DNA of 64,000 nt from Akkermansia muciniphila (lineage in GTDB: Bacteria; Verrucomicrobiota; Verrucomicrobiia; Limisphaerales; SIAT01): contig CAMDJP010000009.1 in NCBI GenBank assembly GCA_945900775.1, positions 7,511-71,510 of the forward strand, given 5' to 3'. Both the position numbers and the translations under genes were made by a program. This document shows positions 60,705 through 64,000 of the stretch, one piece after another. The notes under the pieces are model-generated. The model saw nothing but the letters and a program-made list of their open reading frames with translations, had not been told where the DNA came from and searched no databases. Every line of letters begins with the position of its first letter. Positions within the stretch are counted from its first letter, which is position 1.

Positions 60705-61568
60705 TTATTTCTCTACAATGACTGTTTTTGCCAACCATGCGCGCGCATCGCGGCGCAGCGGAATGTCGCGGAGTATCCATTGATCGTTGTGATTGCGGAA
60801 GGGAACAGTGGCGAACGTGAACGCGCTTTCGATGCCGGTAGATTTTACGTAACGCTCGAGAAGACCGACGTCCTGCTCGTGGCAGATGAATTGCGGGCGG
60901 CCCTTGAGCCGGCGCAGGCGTGCCAAGGCGGAGGCGCGGTCGGCGCCAGCATAGCCCCAATCGCGCTCACCATCGTAATGGCTGTAGCAGAAGAAGGCGC
61001 GCCACGTGGCTGCGATGGCGTCGTCGTGCAATCCGATGAAATTCGCTGCGATACTGCCGCGTGAAAAACCGGCTAGCACCACTCGCTGCGGATCTCCACC
61101 GAAGCGTTCGCAAACGAACCGCACTGTGTTCGTGCAATAGCGCTTCGTCTCGGCCACATCGCCCCACCACGTGATGGCGTTGCTTTTGCTCGCGCCATCG
61201 ACTTTCACAAATGGCAGGCAGATCCAGATGAAGTTTGTTCCCGCGCTCAGGCCGTATCCGAGAGCGCTACCTTCCACCGTGCCGTGTGATTCATCACCAA
61301 AACGGTCCCGATAATTGCCATTGCCGGCATATTCCACAATTACAGGAAGATGACCGCCAGCCTTCCAATCGCGGGGCAGGTAGAGCGCGTGATGGACCGC
61401 CGTATTCTCCCAACCGGGCGTGGTTTGCCGGACGCGTTTTCCAGCGGCCGGAGCGCTGGTGGTCATGGGTGGAACTGCAAGATCCGCCGGCACGGAGCGT
61501 AAATCGGGAAGCTCGGCAGCGCACAGCAGCCCCGAAACCAGCGCGCTGCTCATGAACAAACATCTCAT
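60705..61568 (-). CDS. Secreted alpha/beta hydrolase-fold protein
   Basis: [28 protein letters not shown] nucleophile elbow, C-terminal HND; ATGA overlap with the upstream gene. Confidence 0.72.
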   Translation of the reverse strand: MRCLFMSSALVSGLLCAAELPDLRSVPADLAVPPMTTSAPAAGKRVRQTTPGWENTAVHHALYLPRDWKAGGHLPVIVEYAGNGNYRDRFGDESHGTVEGSALGYGLSAGTNFIWICLPFVKVDGASKSNAITWWGDVAETKRYCTNTVRFVCERFGGDPQRVVLAGFSRGSIAANFIGLHDDAIAATWRAFFCYSHYDGERDWGYAGADRASALARLRRLKGRPQFICHEQDVGLLERYVKSTGIESAFTFATVPFRNHNDQWILRDIPLRRDARAWLAKTVIVEK

Positions 61569-64000
61569 TGTGTGAAGAGGAATTCGTTCGCGTTGAACAA
61601 CGCGCGGCAGAGCGCGGTGAGGCCGTGCTCGCTAACCAGAGTGCTTCCGGTGATGACTTCCTGCGCAGACGGTTCTCGCCCAAAAGCGATTAAAAATGCA
61701 CGTTGGATTTGAGCAGTCGTATCGGTTTTGGATTCCGCTCTCACTCGCTCGGCAAAGAAGTCCGATTGCTGAAGCAGGAACGGACTGTTGAGCAGACTGA
61801 GTGCTTGCAATGGCGTGGTGGAACGTGTGCGGCGCGGGGCAATCTGGCCGGCATCGGGGCAATCGAATGCGCCGAAGATATCGTCGAGCTGCATGCGCGG
61901 TTTCTGCTGAAAAACCATCCGGCGAAAACTTGCCGTGTCGAACTCACGTCGCGGATTGTAAACTTTTACGTAGTTGGAGTTTGGCTCGAAGAGGTCGAAG
62001 CCGGGCCCGCCGATTGTGTGGTGGAGCTTACCGCTGACCGTGAGGATAGTATCGCGGATCACTTCGGCTTCCAGTCGCCGTGAAGGAAAGCGCCAGAGCA
62101 GGCGATTGTCAGCGTCCGACTGCGCGGCGCTCACGTTGAGCACGTTCACCTGCCGGTACGCCGCGCTGGTGACAATGATTCGATGGAGTGATTTGAGGCT
62201 CCACTTCTGCGCTATGAATTCGCTCGCCAACCAGTCGAGCAATTCGGGGTGAGACGGACGGCTGCCGTTGAGGCCGAAGTCGCTCGGCGTCTCCACGATG
62301 CCGCGGCCGAAATGGTAATGCCATAGGCGATTAGCCATCACGCGCGCGGTGAGCGGATTTTCGGGACTAGAGATCCACTGCGCCAATGAGAGCCGCCGCT
62401 CGGCGTCGGATGCAGCGCTGGGTAGTTTGAAGCTTGTGCCCAATTTCGTGAGGCCGCCGGGTGCGATTACTTCGCGCGGCTGCATTGAATCCCCGCGGTG
62501 GAGGCGAAATGTATCAGCTGGTGTCACGAATCTACCTGCATACGCCATTGGAAACGTCGTCGTTGCGGTGATGTTTGTCTCCAGTTTTTTGCGTGCGGCG
62601 AGCAATGCCGCAAGTTGTCCGGCCTGGTCGGGTGTCATTCCATCGGTTGCGTAGATGACGCCACCGGGAACCTTCGTGCCGATGGTGAGCCGGTCATCCG
62701 CACTTGCCACCGTCTGCCATGTTGCGCCGTCGCGTGAAACCTCGATTTGATAATGCGTGGCGAGCCGGTCGTTGTAACGCGGCACGTTGTCGCGGTCGCG
62801 GCTCCAGACGACACGGTCGATCATCTCAGTTTTGGTGAACTCAATCTGCACCCAGCCCTTGCCGCGTTCGTTCGAGATCCAACTTCGTTGATTGCCGTAC
62901 TGCCCGTCGTTGATGTGATTCAGTTTGTGCAGCGGGTTGTCCGGATAATTGCCAGACGAAGTCGCGCGTGCGCCCGTGCTGGCGAGCGCGATATTCCGGC
63001 TCGTTTCTCCGATGGTGAAAACTTCTAACTCATCAATGCACGGCTCCAATTGGGTCGTCGAGGCGATGGTGAAACGGACGAACCGAGCTTCGATCGGAGC
63101 GAAATGTTCGGTGTTTTTACCGCGCGTGACTGGCAATCGAATGCGGGGGGTGCGACTTGCAGGCTGCCGCGTCTCTTCTTGAAACATCGCGATGTCTGCG
63201 CTGACGTAATCGCCATTTGCTGCACCGCGCAAAATGATTTTGCTCGCGCGGCCCAACTCGTGAGGACCTGCATCGAGGAAACCGCTCCATTGGCGCGTTT
63301 CGGGCACGGAGCCCGAGCCGTCCGCGAACTTCCGATGATTGGCGCGTGCGATTTCGGTTTGGTCGCTCGTCGTGTCGAGGTCTCCATCGCGGTCGAGAAA
63401 GTAACGCGCATCTTCGGCGTGTGCCTTGTGTCCAGCCCCCCACGAGAGCCAGACACGGAAGCGGCCTGCCACACGCGGCGTCCATGCGAAGACATCCTTC
63501 CCCGACACTTGGTTCCAGTAGAGATAACCTTTGCCCAAGGTCGGAAAGCGAGCGGCATCGCCCGTATCGCCGGTCTGTCCACGCTCGAGACCGTCGGGAT
63601 ATTTCGCGGCTGGTCCTTTCGATGGGAGAAGTTGAGCGACGCGATTGGCGTCGTCGGTGTGGATGATGATTGTCTGCCCGGAATGCGCCGGCGGATCGAA
63701 CTGCGCGAGCTTGCGTTCAAGCGGAGCGAGTTCGCGTCGGAGCGCTTCGGATTTGGCTTGGATCTCTGCGAAGTTCGCGGGCTTGGTGGATCGCTCGCCG
63801 TGCTGCACTCCGGCGAAGACGGCTTTGACCGCGAAATAATCGGTCTGCGGGATGGGATCAAACTTGTGGTTGTGGCATCGAGCGCAGCCGATCGTGAGGC
63901 CGAGGAACGCGCTGCCGGTAGTGCTCACCATGTCGTGCAGTTCGTCGGCGCGCTGGTTCGCGGTGAGCACGGGGTCCGGACTTTTCACGCGGTCCCACGG
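61565..64000 (-). CDS. DUF1549 + beta-sandwich/discoidin (F5/8C) inserts + DUF1553 protein; 5' end outside window
   Basis: FLGLTIGCARCHNHKFDP, INDGQYGN..SW...WVQIEF (F5/8C), NPLTARVMANRLW, HPELLDWLA, TTPLQAL, ALFNANEF. Confidence 0.9.
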   Translation of the reverse strand, partial: PWDRVKSPDPVLTANQRADELHDMVSTTGSAFLGLTIGCARCHNHKFDPIPQTDYFAVKAVFAGVQHGERSTKPANFAEIQAKSEALRRELAPLERKLAQFDPPAHSGQTIIIHTDDANRVAQLLPSKGPAAKYPDGLERGQTGDTGDAARFPTLGKGYLYWNQVSGKDVFAWTPRVAGRFRVWLSWGAGHKAHAEDARYFLDRDGDLDTTSDQTEIARANHRKFADGSGSVPETRQWSGFLDAGPHELGRASKIILRGAANGDYVSADIAMFQEETRQPASRTPRIRLPVTRGKNTEHFAPIEARFVRFTIASTTQLEPCIDELEVFTIGETSRNIALASTGARATSSGNYPDNPLHKLNHINDGQYGNQRSWISNERGKGWVQIEFTKTEMIDRVVWSRDRDNVPRYNDRLATHYQIEVSRDGATWQTVASADDRLTIGTKVPGGVIYATDGMTPDQAGQLAALLAARKKLETNITATTTFPMAYAGRFVTPADTFRLHRGDSMQPREVIAPGGLTKLGTSFKLPSAASDAERRLSLAQWISSPENPLTARVMANRLWHYHFGRGIVETPSDFGLNGSRPSHPELLDWLASEFIAQKWSLKSLHRIIVTSAAYRQVNVLNVSAAQSDADNRLLWRFPSRRLEAEVIRDTILTVSGKLHHTIGGPGFDLFEPNSNYVKVYNPRREFDTASFRRMVFQQKPRMQLDDIFGAFDCPDAGQIAPRRTRSTTPLQALSLLNSPFLLQQSDFFAERVRAESKTDTTAQIQRAFLIAFGREPSAQEVITGSTLVSEHGLTALCRALFNANEFLFTQ

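Noticed and set aside
1..64000. CRISPR array, IS element, prophage or anti-phage defence system
   Set aside because: No spaced repeats, transposase, integrase or recognisable defence domains; the RNase H-like and YaeQ genes sit in housekeeping contexts.

Overview
GC-rich bacterial DNA. Gene content points to the PVC superphylum, most likely Verrucomicrobia (Pedosphaera/Limisphaera-like): DUF1549/DUF1553-DUF1501 pairs, H-X9-DG prepilin-like proteins, sulfatases and futalosine-pathway genes. The taxonomy is inference. The left accessory block (1-8 kb) holds a DUF1553-DUF1501 pair, a mosaic of gene fragments and an alternating esterase/sulfatase operon. The core (8-47 kb) holds a NUDIX hydrolase, ubiX-mqnP-mqnE-mqnA, an amidase, lpdA, pssA, an RluA-family gene, a SurA/PpiD-like gene, a CxxC/polyproline uORF-TonB receptor-PepSY-TonB operon, HupE/UreJ, purSQLFMD followed by a triple LMW-phosphatase-RpiB-GlyA fusion, rho, System II cytochrome c maturation, an MFS transporter, YaeQ and an L,D-transpeptidase. 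The right accessory block (47-64 kb) is one tightly packed minus-strand operon of two DUF1549/1553-DUF1501 modules, two prepilin-like proteins, an amidohydrolase, a hydrolase and two unusual multi-domain fusions. The best novelty candidates are the right-hand operon with its fusions, the phosphatase-RpiB-GlyA fusion in the pur operon, and a CruR/CutF-like metal-sensing leader. No rRNA, tRNA, CRISPR array, integrase or transposase was recognised. All family assignments come from motif recognition by eye, not database searches.
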